A stretch of 64,000 bases of DNA from Hadesarchaea archaeon (GCA_029259175.1 JAPDJH010000002.1:32001-96000), one strand, 5' to 3'. Counted from the stretch's first letter, positions 1 through 9,728 are shown. Program-made: numbers and translations. The notes: generated by a model not told the origin, from the letters alone.

Positions 1-1
1 G

Positions 2-721
2 AGAGGGCATAGCGATTCGAGGGTGATTGAGGAGCTGAAATATCTTCGGGAAGAATACAAGATTCAGGAGATAGAGTTCTTGGACGATACCTTTACTTTA
101 AATAAGAGAAGAGCACTGAGAATAGCTAAAAGGATTGTAAAAGAAGGGCTCGATGTTTCGTGGTCTGCCTCCTCGAGGGTCGACCTGTTCACGGATGAAG
201 TTGCTGAAGCTATGAAAAGAGGCGGATGCCACACAATATATTTCGGCATTGAATCCGGTTCCTCAAAGACCCTCGAGTTCATCGACAAGAGGATAACTCC
301 TGAGCAATCGATTTCTGCAGTGAAGAAAGCAAAAAAGCATAAACTCCAAGCCTTAGGAGCATTCATTATAGGATTTCCTGAGGAGAGTAGAGAAGACGTA
401 GAGAAAACGATAAAATTTTCAAAAAAGGTGGGTGTGGATTACGCACAGTTCACCATAGCCACACCCTATCCGGGAACGAGGTTATGGGATTATGCTTTGT
501 CTAAGAAACTTATACGGACTTTTGATTGGAAAAAGTACACCACATTGGATCCGGTGATGAGATTGAAAAATTTCACCACCAAGCAAATAAGGAAGCTCTT
601 TCGGAAGACATACGTGAGCTTCTACCTGCGCCCGTCCTATGTGATTAAAGACCTGATTTTAAGAAAAGGTTTTACGTTTAGAAGGGCTATTTCAGGAATC
701 ATAAAATGGTTTAATCGATAA
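2..721 (+). CDS. B12-binding-type radical SAM protein, C-terminal part (5' truncated by window)
   Basis: Frame open from the window edge; F-x-DDTF, FGIESGS, FIIGFP and ATPYPGT motifs typical of class B radical SAM proteins. Confidence 0.8.
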   Translation, partial: RGHSDSRVIEELKYLREEYKIQEIEFLDDTFTLNKRRALRIAKRIVKEGLDVSWSASSRVDLFTDEVAEAMKRGGCHTIYFGIESGSSKTLEFIDKRITPEQSISAVKKAKKHKLQALGAFIIGFPEESREDVEKTIKFSKKVGVDYAQFTIATPYPGTRLWDYALSKKLIRTFDWKKYTTLDPVMRLKNFTTKQIRKLFRKTYVSFYLRPSYVIKDLILRKGFTFRRAISGIIKWFNR

Positions 722-871
722 ACTGGGCTTCAAATCGAGTCTTCAGCGCAAGCGCAGATAGAGGCAAATACAGACTGGAACAATGAATTTTGCCACTCAT
801 GTGAGGTTCTCTTAAATCGACCAAGCGCATATTTATTTTGTGCAATCGCTGAAAAGAAATTCTGAGCGAGT

Positions 872-1708
872 GTGAGGCGAGTGGAAGAAAAGATGAGGGA
901 GATGCAGGAGCTGGAAAGGCGCATCAAAGCACGGATGGCGAAAATCAAGCATAAGCTGGCGATCCTGAGCGGGAAAGGGGGCGTAGGGAAAAGCACCATC
1001 GCCGCGAACTTGGCAGTAGGGCTGGCACAGCGCGGATGCAAGGTTGGCATCTTGGACGCGGATATCCACGGGCCGAGCATACCGAAGATCCTTGATTTGG
1101 AGAATCGAGAGGTAGCTGTTGGACCGAATGGCATGCTTCCGCTTGCCGGGCCTTTTGGGACAAAAGTTTTCTCAATTGAGTTTCTGCTCGATAGCAGGGA
1201 GACTCCAGTTATCTGGCGAGGTCCTCTAAAAATGCGGGCGCTTCAACAGTTTCTGGCAGATGTGGAGTGGGGAGAACTCGACTGTTTTATAGTTGACCTG
1301 CCTCCCGGAACGGGCGATGAACCACTAAGTATAATGCAGCTGATTCCTAGCATAAGCGGGGTCGTGATAGTCACCGTACCGTCGGAGGTTTCGCAGATAG
1401 TGGTGAAAAAAGCGATTACCTTCGTGAGGACGGTCAACGCGCCCCTGATCGGAGTGATTGAAAACATGAGCGGATTCGTGTGTCCGAATTGCGGTTCTGA
1501 GTTCAACATTTTGGGAGCTGGAGGGGGAAGAAAAATCTCTGAAGAAATGGGCGTTCGATTTCTGGGAAGAATTCCGATAGATCCGAATGTGTGTGAGGAC
1601 TCGGACAGAGGCGTTCCCTTCATAATCGGACATCCAGACTCGCCCGCCACCAAGGCCTTTTACCAAATAGTGGAAAAGATAGAAGAACTCTTGGACAAGG
1701 AGAGGTGA
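872..1708 (+). CDS. mrp: Mrp/NBP35 (ApbC) Fe-S cluster carrier ATPase
   Basis: GKGGVGKS deviant Walker A, DADIHGP, WRGP, DLPPGTGD, ENMSGFVCPNC. Confidence 0.93.
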   Translation: MRRVEEKMREMQELERRIKARMAKIKHKLAILSGKGGVGKSTIAANLAVGLAQRGCKVGILDADIHGPSIPKILDLENREVAVGPNGMLPLAGPFGTKVFSIEFLLDSRETPVIWRGPLKMRALQQFLADVEWGELDCFIVDLPPGTGDEPLSIMQLIPSISGVVIVTVPSEVSQIVVKKAITFVRTVNAPLIGVIENMSGFVCPNCGSEFNILGAGGGRKISEEMGVRFLGRIPIDPNVCEDSDRGVPFIIGHPDSPATKAFYQIVEKIEELLDKER

Positions 1709-1719
1709 GGGGAGCGTTC

Positions 1720-2307
1720 ATGGTCAGCTGTGCTTTCTGTGAGAAAAAATCTTGCGCGAGGGGCGAGCCGTGTCCGGTTGGTCTGCCGCTGAAGAAACAT
1801 GCTGTGGGAGAATATCGAAAGAGAGCGAATTCGAGGCTTTACCGGAAGTCAAGCGCGCTTGAAATAGAAGGGTACATGAAGTACCCGCGGGTGCGTGAGC
1901 TGATCGAGCTGGCGAAGGACATGGGATGGAAGAAGCTAGGAATAGCTTTCTGCATCGGGCTCTCGGAGGAAGCGAGGAAACTTCAGGAAGTTTTGGAAAC
2001 CCACGGGTTTGAGGTTCACTCGGTGGTGTGCAAGGTTGGAAGTGTTAAAAAACGCGAACTGGGCGTCTCCCGGAGGGATGATGAGACCGCGTGCAACCCG
2101 ATTCTGCAGGCAATGGTTCTCAACCAGGTGAAAACCGACCTCAACATCATTGTGGGGCTCTGCTTGGGACATGACATTCTCTTCCAACGATACTCGGAAG
2201 CGCCCACCACAACGCTCGTGGTCAAGGACAGAGTGCTGGCTCACAATCCGCTCGGAGCCCTCTACTCTAGGTATCATCTCAAGAAACTGATGGGGAGGAA
2301 AAGTTGA
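1720..2307 (+). CDS. DUF1847 family Cys-rich metal-binding protein
   Basis: CxxC, GIAFCIGL, CKVG, CNPILQA, GLCLGHD, KDRVLAHNP; ATG at 1720 chosen as start. Confidence 0.8.
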   Translation: MVSCAFCEKKSCARGEPCPVGLPLKKHAVGEYRKRANSRLYRKSSALEIEGYMKYPRVRELIELAKDMGWKKLGIAFCIGLSEEARKLQEVLETHGFEVHSVVCKVGSVKKRELGVSRRDDETACNPILQAMVLNQVKTDLNIIVGLCLGHDILFQRYSEAPTTTLVVKDRVLAHNPLGALYSRYHLKKLMGRKS

Positions 2308-3074
2308 GGTTCTCGGTGGTTTACGGTCCTGTTTCTTCGTGGAGGCTCGGCAGGTCCCTCGGCGTGGATCCGATATGCGCGGCCGAGAAGGTCTGCTCCT
2401 TCGATTGCGTTTACTGCTCCCTTGGCCGGACCACCGAGAAAATTATTGAGCGCAAGATATTCGTTCCGACCGAGGCTGTGGAAAAATCGCTCGGGAAGGT
2501 TCTGCCCAAAGTCAAGCCCGATGTGATAACCTTCTCCGGAACCGGCGAACCAACGCTGGCGAAAAACTTGGGCGAGATGATAGAAAGCGTCAGGCGGCTC
2601 TCAAAGCTTCCCATTGCTGTTCTCACAAACTCTTCTCTCCAGTTCAAAAAGGAAGTCAGGCGGGATCTCGTGAAAGCGGACATCGTTAAGGGAAAACTGG
2701 ACGCGTCAAACGCAGAGCTTTTTGCTCGGGTGAACCGGCCGCACAAGGGAATCGCGTTTTGGAAAGTTTTGAAGGGCTTGAAAAGGTTTCGAAACGAGTT
2801 CGCAGGAAAGTTTGCCTTGGAAGTGATGTTTGTTCCTCACAACAAGGAGCTTGCGGCCGACATCGCAGAGATGGTCAAAGAGATAGAACCAGATGAGGTT
2901 CATATCAACACGCCACTGCGGCCGAGCCCCGTAGCCCCGCTCAGCCGGGCGGAGCTGGAGGAGGTGGAAAAGAGCTTCCGCGGGCTCAACTACATATCAG
3001 TTTACAAGACCAAAAAACCTCCCAAGATTTCGAGAGTGATTGGGAAGGAGAAAATAAAGCGGCTTAAGCGGTGA
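2304..3074 (+). CDS. Radical SAM protein (COG0731-like)
   Basis: YGPVSSWRLGRSLG, CSFDCVYC, SGTGEPTL. Confidence 0.85.
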   Translation: MRFSVVYGPVSSWRLGRSLGVDPICAAEKVCSFDCVYCSLGRTTEKIIERKIFVPTEAVEKSLGKVLPKVKPDVITFSGTGEPTLAKNLGEMIESVRRLSKLPIAVLTNSSLQFKKEVRRDLVKADIVKGKLDASNAELFARVNRPHKGIAFWKVLKGLKRFRNEFAGKFALEVMFVPHNKELAADIAEMVKEIEPDEVHINTPLRPSPVAPLSRAELEEVEKSFRGLNYISVYKTKKPPKISRVIGKEKIKRLKR

Positions 3075-3310
3075 GGGTGTAAAATGAAGATACAACTTGC
3101 TCACGTTCTGATTTTATTGTTGCGTGTATAGGAACAAGGTTTGCTTTGGAACCGCTTTGGATGTTTCATCACGATTCCGTTCAGTTCTGGGTTTTGACAT
3201 CAATTGAGATCGGTGCTAAAATCGCAATCCTCATTGCTTAGGGAACGATAGAACGCTAAATACGTATCACTAATCAAAGAAAAAAGGAATTCATTACAAA
3301 GGTGAACTGA

Positions 3311-3541
3311 CTATTTCAAAAGCCGCTTTATCTCTTCCACGGTCGGAACCCTTCCTGCCACTTTGACCTTTCCGTCCACCACAAGTGCAGGCGTTGAAAC
3401 TATTCCTCTCCTTGCTATTTCGACGGCGTCGTATACGTGGGACACTTCCGCCTTTATTCCCAGCTCCTTCACTGCCTTTCTGGCGTTCTCTTCCATTTTC
3501 CTGCACTTGGGGCAACCTATTCCTAATACCTCTATTTTCAT
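3311..3541 (-). CDS. Small thioredoxin-like redox protein (MTH895 type)
   Basis: GCPKC, TPALVVDG, GRVP; GGAGGTGA RBS. Confidence 0.88.
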   Translation of the reverse strand: MKIEVLGIGCPKCRKMEENARKAVKELGIKAEVSHVYDAVEIARRGIVSTPALVVDGKVKVAGRVPTVEEIKRLLK

Positions 3542-3915
3542 GTTCTCACCTCCGGTCTGTATTTTTTAAAGTGTTTGACGATGCTCTTCCCAAAAGGGGT
3601 GAGAGAATATATGAAGTAATTCCCCAAACGCTCGGAGTGCACGAGGCCACCCTTCTTGAGTTTGGAAAGATGGTATGAGCATCTGGAATAAGAGCTCCCA
3701 ATCACTTTTCTCAACATGCAGACGCACATCCGTTGACGTTTCAATGCATAAAGGATCTTCACCCGCTGGGGGTCCGAGAGAGTGTTCATAACCTTGGCCA
3801 CCATCCTTATCTCATCTCGAGGAAGCTCCTTGATGATTCGCTCGAACCCTCCTTTTTCCTCGACTTCCACCCTGATTTCTTCAGGAATCACGAATCTCTT
3901 TTTCACTCCCGCCAT
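3538..3915 (-). CDS. arsR: ArsR/SmtB family repressor
   Basis: DPQRVKIL, CVC metalloid-binding motif, SYHLSKL...GLV wHTH. Confidence 0.85.
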   Translation of the reverse strand: MAGVKKRFVIPEEIRVEVEEKGGFERIIKELPRDEIRMVAKVMNTLSDPQRVKILYALKRQRMCVCMLRKVIGSSYSRCSYHLSKLKKGGLVHSERLGNYFIYSLTPFGKSIVKHFKKYRPEVRT

Positions 3916-4926
3916 CTACAACCCCCCCAGCGCTAAGAAACACAAACCAGATATTATCGCCACGATCACCGCAAGAAACGCATACGTACCGACGACTCTC
4001 CATCCCACGATACGTGAAACCCCTAGCATAGAGGGAATGGAGGCCATGGGAGCACCTATCAGGAAAGCCAGGGCGGCAGCAGGGGTCATCCCTAAATCCA
4101 AGAGGGACTTGACAAAAAATACCTCTACTAGTGTGGGCGTGTAGGTGGGAACCCCTAAGGCTCCTCCCAGCACTACTCCTTTGGTTCCAGTCAACCATCT
4201 TGCCACCACATCCTCGGGGAGGTAAGCCTCGATGTAGGAGACGAAGAACACCCCTGCCAACAAATAAGGAATGACTCGCTTAGTGAGATCCCAAGCCACC
4301 CTTCCTGCTTCCCAGCACTTTTCCTCGAACCCCATCCGTCCGATTTCCACTGCGCGCTCGGAGGCCGTCTTCCCGAACTTTTCCTCTATACTTCGACCCC
4401 ACGGGGTTCGGGCCACCGCTGCTCCGATAATGATCGCACCAACGAACGAGAATATCAATCTTGCGAGTGCGAGCTTGACGGATATTATCTCAGAAGTAAA
4501 GATTAGCGCCATGACGTTTGCAGCAGGTGCCATCAGTAAGAAAGATATTGCAGGACCTATGCCCGCTCCCGCCATCATTATCCCACCAAAGATTGGTATC
4601 ATTGCACACGAACAAACGGTAAACACAGGTGCCAAAGCCGCAGCGAGAAAATAGTTCTTTATTTTTTTGCTCGAGAAATGCTGCATCATTTTCTCTTTTG
4701 GGATGAAGGCTGAGAAGAATCCTCCGAGCATGAAAGCAAAAAGTAATGCTCCCCACGCACGAGTCATGTAGCTGAAAGTGTAAACAAGAGGAACCTCCCA
4801 CACAGGATAGTTGTCTAGGTCTTCATACACGAAGACTGGTGTTAGGGTAGAGCCAGTGACTTTGGGATACACGATGATAACAAGTCCGAGAAGCAACAGG
4901 CCTATTGTTAAGAGTGCTTTCTTCAT
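3916..4926 (-). CDS. DUF318/ArsP-family permease
   Basis: Multiple TM helices, VCSCAMIP, FLLMAP, FLIGAP internal repeat; alternative TTG start at 4935. Confidence 0.8.
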   Translation of the reverse strand: MKKALLTIGLLLLGLVIIVYPKVTGSTLTPVFVYEDLDNYPVWEVPLVYTFSYMTRAWGALLFAFMLGGFFSAFIPKEKMMQHFSSKKIKNYFLAAALAPVFTVCSCAMIPIFGGIMMAGAGIGPAISFLLMAPAANVMALIFTSEIISVKLALARLIFSFVGAIIIGAAVARTPWGRSIEEKFGKTASERAVEIGRMGFEEKCWEAGRVAWDLTKRVIPYLLAGVFFVSYIEAYLPEDVVARWLTGTKGVVLGGALGVPTYTPTLVEVFFVKSLLDLGMTPAAALAFLIGAPMASIPSMLGVSRIVGWRVVGTYAFLAVIVAIISGLCFLALGGL

Positions 4927-4936
4927 TTTTCTCAAG

Positions 4937-4958
4937 TATTTAAAAAATTTTTGAAATA
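4937..4958. promoter_or_regulatory. Putative ArsR operator (imperfect inverted repeat) abutting a TATA box
   Basis: TATTTAAAAAATTTTTGAAATA has one mismatched pair and lies just upstream of the permease-arsR-trx unit; AT-rich, so could be chance. Confidence 0.5.
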
Positions 4959-4992
4959 TTTAAATCTTTTGGGATAGGGGAAGAGCTGCTCA

Positions 4993-5604
4993 TCATCTTT
5001 TGCTCCCTTTGATGACGTACAGAGCTGCCCAGTCTTTTTTATCGGTTGTGAAAACATCTTCTCCACGAATTCCCAAAAAGTATTCAGCTTTTGTGTGAAA
5101 ATGTTTAAAAACAAGGTTTTCAATTTCTTTCAAATTCCTATGCCGGATTTTCCTGAAGTAGGAACCTCTCCTTTTCACACGGGTTTTGAAATATTTTGAC
5201 TCCGGATTCAACAGCATGAGGATAAATTTGCCACTGGGCGTGAGAACTCTTGCCACTTCCTCCACCGCCTTCTTAGGATTTTTCAGAAACTCCAGAGTTG
5301 TGACCATAAAGGCCCCATCGAACGAGCTGTTGCGAAAAGGGAGTTCTTCCGCGCTTCCAATAACGAAATGTTTGTTGCTCCGCTTTTTCGCCTCTCTCAG
5401 CATCGCTTCTGAGATATCGAGACCGAAAACATTCAATTCAGGTAGCGCCTGTTCGAAAACGCCGATACCGCATCCGATGTCGAGAATCTTGTTTCGCCCT
5501 TTCAGTTCCTTTCGTAGATATCTCACTTCTCGTTGTAACACCCGCTTTCCGAATCTACTCTCGTAGAACTTTTTGAACTTCCCAACTTCATTGAAGCTTG
5601 TCAA
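4993..5604 (-). CDS. Class I SAM-dependent methyltransferase
   Basis: ILDIGCGIG, GLDISEAML, AEELPF..SFD, RVLTPSG. Confidence 0.88.
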   Translation of the reverse strand: MTSFNEVGKFKKFYESRFGKRVLQREVRYLRKELKGRNKILDIGCGIGVFEQALPELNVFGLDISEAMLREAKKRSNKHFVIGSAEELPFRNSSFDGAFMVTTLEFLKNPKKAVEEVARVLTPSGKFILMLLNPESKYFKTRVKRRGSYFRKIRHRNLKEIENLVFKHFHTKAEYFLGIRGEDVFTTDKKDWAALYVIKGSKR

Positions 5605-5706
5605 ACCCGTCTCCCGGTTTAATCAGCAGGTAAATCATATATAAACCGTGCAAATGAACATAAAATAAAGATTTCAGGAAAATGGGTGTGTTGTGGGTGT
5701 GCAAAA

Positions 5707-6018
5707 ATGGCGGTGATGGAAATCAGTGTGATCCCAATGGGAACCTCTGCCTCGGTGAGCGGTTTTGTCGCCGGGGCAGTTGAGCTCATCAAAAAAAGCG
5801 GGTTGCGATATCGGCTCACCGCCATGGGGACGATCGTGGAGGGAGAGGTCGACCAGCTTTTGAAGCTCGCGGGAGAGGTTCACAAAAATGTGCTGGATCG
5901 AGGTGCCCCCCGCGTGGTCACTCTAATCAAACTGGACGACCGGAAAGACAAACCTCTGTCTGCTGAGGGAAAAATTCGGTCCGTGCAATCCAAGCTGGAG
6001 GGATTGAATGCGGGCTGA
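5707..6018 (+). CDS. MTH1187/DUF77 thiamine-binding family protein
   Basis: SVIPMGT, TAMGTIVEGE, RVVTLIKLDDR. Confidence 0.88.
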   Translation: MAVMEISVIPMGTSASVSGFVAGAVELIKKSGLRYRLTAMGTIVEGEVDQLLKLAGEVHKNVLDRGAPRVVTLIKLDDRKDKPLSAEGKIRSVQSKLEGLNAG

Positions 6019-6430
6019 GGTTCGCCACGTGGCTGGCCTAAGCTTTGTGGGGAAAGCCGATTCCAACCACTGGGTCGCGATGGACGGACCCACCGCTTGG
6101 GGGGGCGCGGAAGCCGGGTCAAAACCCATGGAACTTATCTTGATAGCCTTGGGTGGATGCACAGGAATGGATGTGGTGAGCCTTCTCAAAAAAATGAGGG
6201 TGGCGTTCAGTGATTTCAAAGTAGAAATCTCCGCCGAAAAGAAAGAAGAGCATCCAAAAACGTTTACCAAAGTTCACATCAGATACGTCATCAAGAGCAC
6301 CGCTCCCAAGCAGAAAATAGAGAAAGCTGTCGAGCTCTCACAGAAAAGATACTGTCCGGTTTCTGCGATTCTCCGACAGTCAGCTGAAGTTACCTATGAA
6401 ATTGTTGTGTTGCCGCCGGGAGAAGGCTGA
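6008..6430 (+). CDS. OsmC-like (YhfA) protein
   Basis: PMELILIALGGCTGMDV and YCPVS conserved Cys pair. Confidence 0.9.
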   Translation: MRAEVRHVAGLSFVGKADSNHWVAMDGPTAWGGAEAGSKPMELILIALGGCTGMDVVSLLKKMRVAFSDFKVEISAEKKEEHPKTFTKVHIRYVIKSTAPKQKIEKAVELSQKRYCPVSAILRQSAEVTYEIVVLPPGEG

Positions 6431-6435
6431 GGAAG

Positions 6436-7212
6436 ATGACCACGGTAATCGAGGATCTGCTGTCCGCCGTCGGAAGAAGGAAGGAATTTATCGCCGGGCT
6501 CAAACTCTCAAAAGTTTCCGTGAGCCTGTGCTACACCGCCGTGATGCTCAGCAATGGATACGTGGGACTCTGTCATACACCCACCGAGGATATCCCCCAC
6601 GTGCACACCCGCCGGACGAGGAACTTCCACGAGATGGACGTGGAAGAGGCAGTCTCGCTTGCATCCTCCACGGATTTCTTGGAGAGGGTGGTGGGAATCG
6701 CCACCGTTAATGCGCTGTCGCAATATCTCATGGATCAGCAGAACTATCCGCGCGAGATGGAACGCGATGTTTTCGACGCTCTGGATTTGCGCGGGTGCGA
6801 GGAGGCCGTCGTCGTGGGATACATCCGACCACTGGTTGGCAAGCTAAGAGGAAAGGTGAAAACCGTGAGGGTCTTCGAGCGCAACCCCCAGCTCCGGGGC
6901 GACGCCCTGCCTGACACACTTGCGGACCAGTTCCTTCCTCGGGCCGACGCGGTGGTCATTTCAGGTTCTGCAGTAGTAAACGGGAGCATCGATCGGTTGC
7001 TCGACCTCTCCAGGAATGCTCGAATCGTCGCGTTGGCCGGGCCCACAGCGAGTTTTGTCCCAGAACCTCTCTTCCGAAGGGGGGTCAGCGTTATAGCGGG
7101 TGTTTGGGCGAAAGGCGACGCGGCGGTGCGGGCGGTGGCGGAGGCAAAATCTTTCAGAGAAATCAAACCCTTGGTAAAAAAATACGTGATCAGAAAAAGT
7201 GGTAAAGCGTAA
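6436..7212 (+). CDS. DUF364 family protein
   Basis: GIATVNAL, VVVGYIRP, ISGSAVVNGS, GPTAS. Confidence 0.8.
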   Translation: MTTVIEDLLSAVGRRKEFIAGLKLSKVSVSLCYTAVMLSNGYVGLCHTPTEDIPHVHTRRTRNFHEMDVEEAVSLASSTDFLERVVGIATVNALSQYLMDQQNYPREMERDVFDALDLRGCEEAVVVGYIRPLVGKLRGKVKTVRVFERNPQLRGDALPDTLADQFLPRADAVVISGSAVVNGSIDRLLDLSRNARIVALAGPTASFVPEPLFRRGVSVIAGVWAKGDAAVRAVAEAKSFREIKPLVKKYVIRKSGKA

Positions 7213-7234
7213 CGTGTTGGGTTTTTGTCCAGAG

Positions 7235-8065
7235 CTAACCGAACACCAAGCTTGCTGCTATTCCAACGAGCAAACCGAAGACCACGTTGAAAATCTTCAC
7301 CAGCACCGAATCCCGTATGGTGTAGGAAAGCAGCGGAAGCATGCCGTGTCCGTCCTGAACCACTGAGCTCGTCAGCAACACGGAAAACGGAATGGCTCCG
7401 TCCGCGTAGAGAAGTACGAACGGGATGTGGGGTCCGGAGCCGGGTATCAGCCCAACTACGGCAGCGGAGAAAATCAGCAGGGGGAGGGGAAGACGTGAGA
7501 TGGTGGGCTCCAAGTTCGGGATGAGGCGGATCACGAGCAGGGCCCCCAGCAACCACGCGAAGAGTTTGGGGAGGTGCTGCTTGATGATGTGGTTGAAAAC
7601 GTGCTCCTTCACGAAGTGGCGGAGCTCGGTGCGCTCACGCTCGATGCGATGAACTTTGATCACGCACTTCTTGTCTCTGGTTATTCCGAATTTCCGAACG
7701 ATCGAGTCCGTCAGGAAACCGCCCAAGATCCCGAGCACAAACAACAGGGCGAACAGCGCCAGCGCAGTCGCAGGAAATTTGGCCAACATCACGAACGCTT
7801 CATCCCCCGAAGTAGAAATCATGCAGGCTGTTATTGCCCCCATGCTCAGGAATCCGTGCACGTAAAGCGAAACGCTGGCAAAAGCCCCAACACAGCCCGG
7901 AGTGGCTCCGAGGAAAGAGGCGAGGAGATACTGCCTTAGCGGTCCTCGGGTCATCCACTTGCTCATGCGCTTCTGGGTCCGGAGTTCGATGTATTCGATC
8001 ACCGTCATCAGAACGAACACTATGGCTAAGATGTGGATGGTTTCGCGCAGGACTTCGATTATCAT
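7235..8065 (-). CDS. DUF2899-like putative Mn/metal transporter
   Basis: LGATPGCVG, STSGDEAFV, GLIPGSGPH, QDGHGMLP; multi-TM; abuts DtxR-family gene. Confidence 0.75.
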   Translation of the reverse strand: MIIEVLRETIHILAIVFVLMTVIEYIELRTQKRMSKWMTRGPLRQYLLASFLGATPGCVGAFASVSLYVHGFLSMGAITACMISTSGDEAFVMLAKFPATALALFALLFVLGILGGFLTDSIVRKFGITRDKKCVIKVHRIERERTELRHFVKEHVFNHIIKQHLPKLFAWLLGALLVIRLIPNLEPTISRLPLPLLIFSAAVVGLIPGSGPHIPFVLLYADGAIPFSVLLTSSVVQDGHGMLPLLSYTIRDSVLVKIFNVVFGLLVGIAASLVFG

Positions 8066-8503
8066 TCACCTCACCTCTTCACACTTGGGATCCGGGAAGA
8101 TCGGCTTGTTGCAGGGGCACAGGCGGGGGTGCCCATAGGCCCGGCATATGGAATTGACCAGTTCCTCCGAAACGTGGTAGTCCAGCCTGGAGGCTTCTTG
8201 GCAGGCCTTCTCCTTATCATGTCCCAAGAAGTTCGCTAGCAAGACTTCAAGGATCCGGTGCTTTCTCAGGAGCTTTTGGGTTATTTTGATACCCTTGGGG
8301 GTGAGTTCTACTCCACGATACCGGTGGTGGATGACGAGCTTTTTCCTAGAGAGGTTCCGGAGGACCTCCGTCACGCTGGCTGGGCGAACCCCGAAGAACT
8401 TGGCTAAAGAGGTGGTTTTTACTCTTCTAGACTCCTCATACTGCTGTCTGTAGATGAACTTGAGGTGCTTCGCCTCGTTCTCGGTCACTTCAATTTTTGT
8501 CAT
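8066..8503 (-). CDS. DtxR/MntR metal-dependent regulator
   Basis: V.PASVTE HTH, RKHRILE, LDYH, HPRLCPCNKPI. Confidence 0.88.
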   Translation of the reverse strand: MTKIEVTENEAKHLKFIYRQQYEESRRVKTTSLAKFFGVRPASVTEVLRNLSRKKLVIHHRYRGVELTPKGIKITQKLLRKHRILEVLLANFLGHDKEKACQEASRLDYHVSEELVNSICRAYGHPRLCPCNKPIFPDPKCEEVR

Positions 8504-8509
8504 CAAAAA

Positions 8510-8528
8510 ATTTAGGTAATCCCTAAAT
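8510..8528. promoter_or_regulatory. DtxR-family operator palindrome
   Basis: ATTTAGG-TAATC-CCTAAAT, 6 nt upstream of the regulator ATG; resembles TTAGG..CCTAA boxes. Confidence 0.7.
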
Positions 8529-8717
8529 AAAAAGATCCATCATGAGGGAAGGACCGACTTACACTATGGGGAGGAATGGGCGCTCTCATGGGGCGATTCC
8601 TGATCAGGCCCCGAAGCTTCACAAGAAAGTGGACACCGAGCGGCAACGGCCTCGTTCGTTTTGTTTATAGGGAGTTCTAGTTATGAAAATGATGAAGTAC
8701 TCGCCGGGGGTTGGCAG

Positions 8718-9380
8718 ATGAGAATCGAGGAGCTCCGGGCACTAATGGAGAAATATGCCAAGATGAAGGGGTACCGATTGAATCCAGATGAGGAAACGGT
8801 CATGACTGTTCTGCAGGGGCTGCTGAAGAACGAGGAAAGGTACGGGTATCGGTACTGTCCGTGCCGGCCGGTAACGGGTGACCGACAGGCCGATCTGCCG
8901 AAGATCTGTCCATGCAAGTGGCATCAGGAGGAGATAAGGCAGATGGGCCGCTGTCTCTGTGGTTTGTTTGTGAGCGGAGTGGATGAGGAGCTCGAGCGAA
9001 TAAAGGAGCGCAAGCTCAAAGAATTGGAGCGGCGTTTGATCGAGCGGCGCAAGTCTCTGGCAGAACCGGCAATCCTCACGGATGCAACCTTTGATCGCTT
9101 CATCCGGGAGCACCCGGCGGCGGTCGTGGATTTCTGGGCCGAGTGGTGCATGCCGTGCAAGCTGCTGGCCCCGGTGATCGAGGAGCTGGCTAGGCGGTAT
9201 GCTGGCAAGGTCGCCTTCGGGAAGCTCAACGTGGACGAACACCCGCGGACTGCCGCGCGGTTTGGTATAAGCGCCATCCCCATCTTGATCTTTTTCAAGA
9301 ATGGGAGGCCGGTCGATCAAGTGGTGGGGGTCGCTCCCCGAGGCGAGCTCGAATCCAGGATCGCCAGGCTGCTCCGGTGA
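8718..9380 (+). CDS. Ferredoxin:thioredoxin reductase catalytic-like domain fused to thioredoxin
   Basis: YGYRYCPCR, ICPC, CLCGLF, then VDFWAEWCMPC and AIP. Confidence 0.85.
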   Translation: MRIEELRALMEKYAKMKGYRLNPDEETVMTVLQGLLKNEERYGYRYCPCRPVTGDRQADLPKICPCKWHQEEIRQMGRCLCGLFVSGVDEELERIKERKLKELERRLIERRKSLAEPAILTDATFDRFIREHPAAVVDFWAEWCMPCKLLAPVIEELARRYAGKVAFGKLNVDEHPRTAARFGISAIPILIFFKNGRPVDQVVGVAPRGELESRIARLLR

Positions 9381-9389
9381 GCGGCTTGT

Positions 9390-9728
9390 TCACTGAGTTT
9401 TGAATTCCTTCAGAGCCTGAAGGGCAAACTTGGAGTATGCGAGGGAAGGTCCTCCGCCCATGACCACCGCGATGTAGCACGTTTCGACGATTTCCTGCTC
9501 CGTTGCTCCGGCTTCCAGCGCCTTTTTCACGTGGGTGGCAATGCACCACTCGCAGCCGCGCACGATTCCCCCAGCAAGCGCGATTAATCTCTTGGTTTTC
9601 GCTGAGAGGGCGCCGTCTTCAAAGGCATGTCTGAGAAATACGTTGAACTGTCCTCCCACTCGTGGGGAGCGCTTCCCAAGCTCTTCAGCCACTTCGTTCA
9701 GTTCTTTTGCCAGTTTTTCCATTTCCAC
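9390..9728 (-). CDS. CMD/AhpD-like protein
   Basis: GALSAKTKRLIAL, CEWCIATH, AGATEQEI, MGGGP. Confidence 0.88.
   Translation of the reverse strand: MEMEKLAKELNEVAEELGKRSPRVGGQFNVFLRHAFEDGALSAKTKRLIALAGGIVRGCEWCIATHVKKALEAGATEQEIVETCYIAVVMGGGPSLAYSKFALQALKEFKTQ

Noticed and set aside
3084-3240. Short hydrophobic ORF fragments after the radical SAM gene
   Set aside because: Stops after 15 codons; may be a remnant but nothing identifiable
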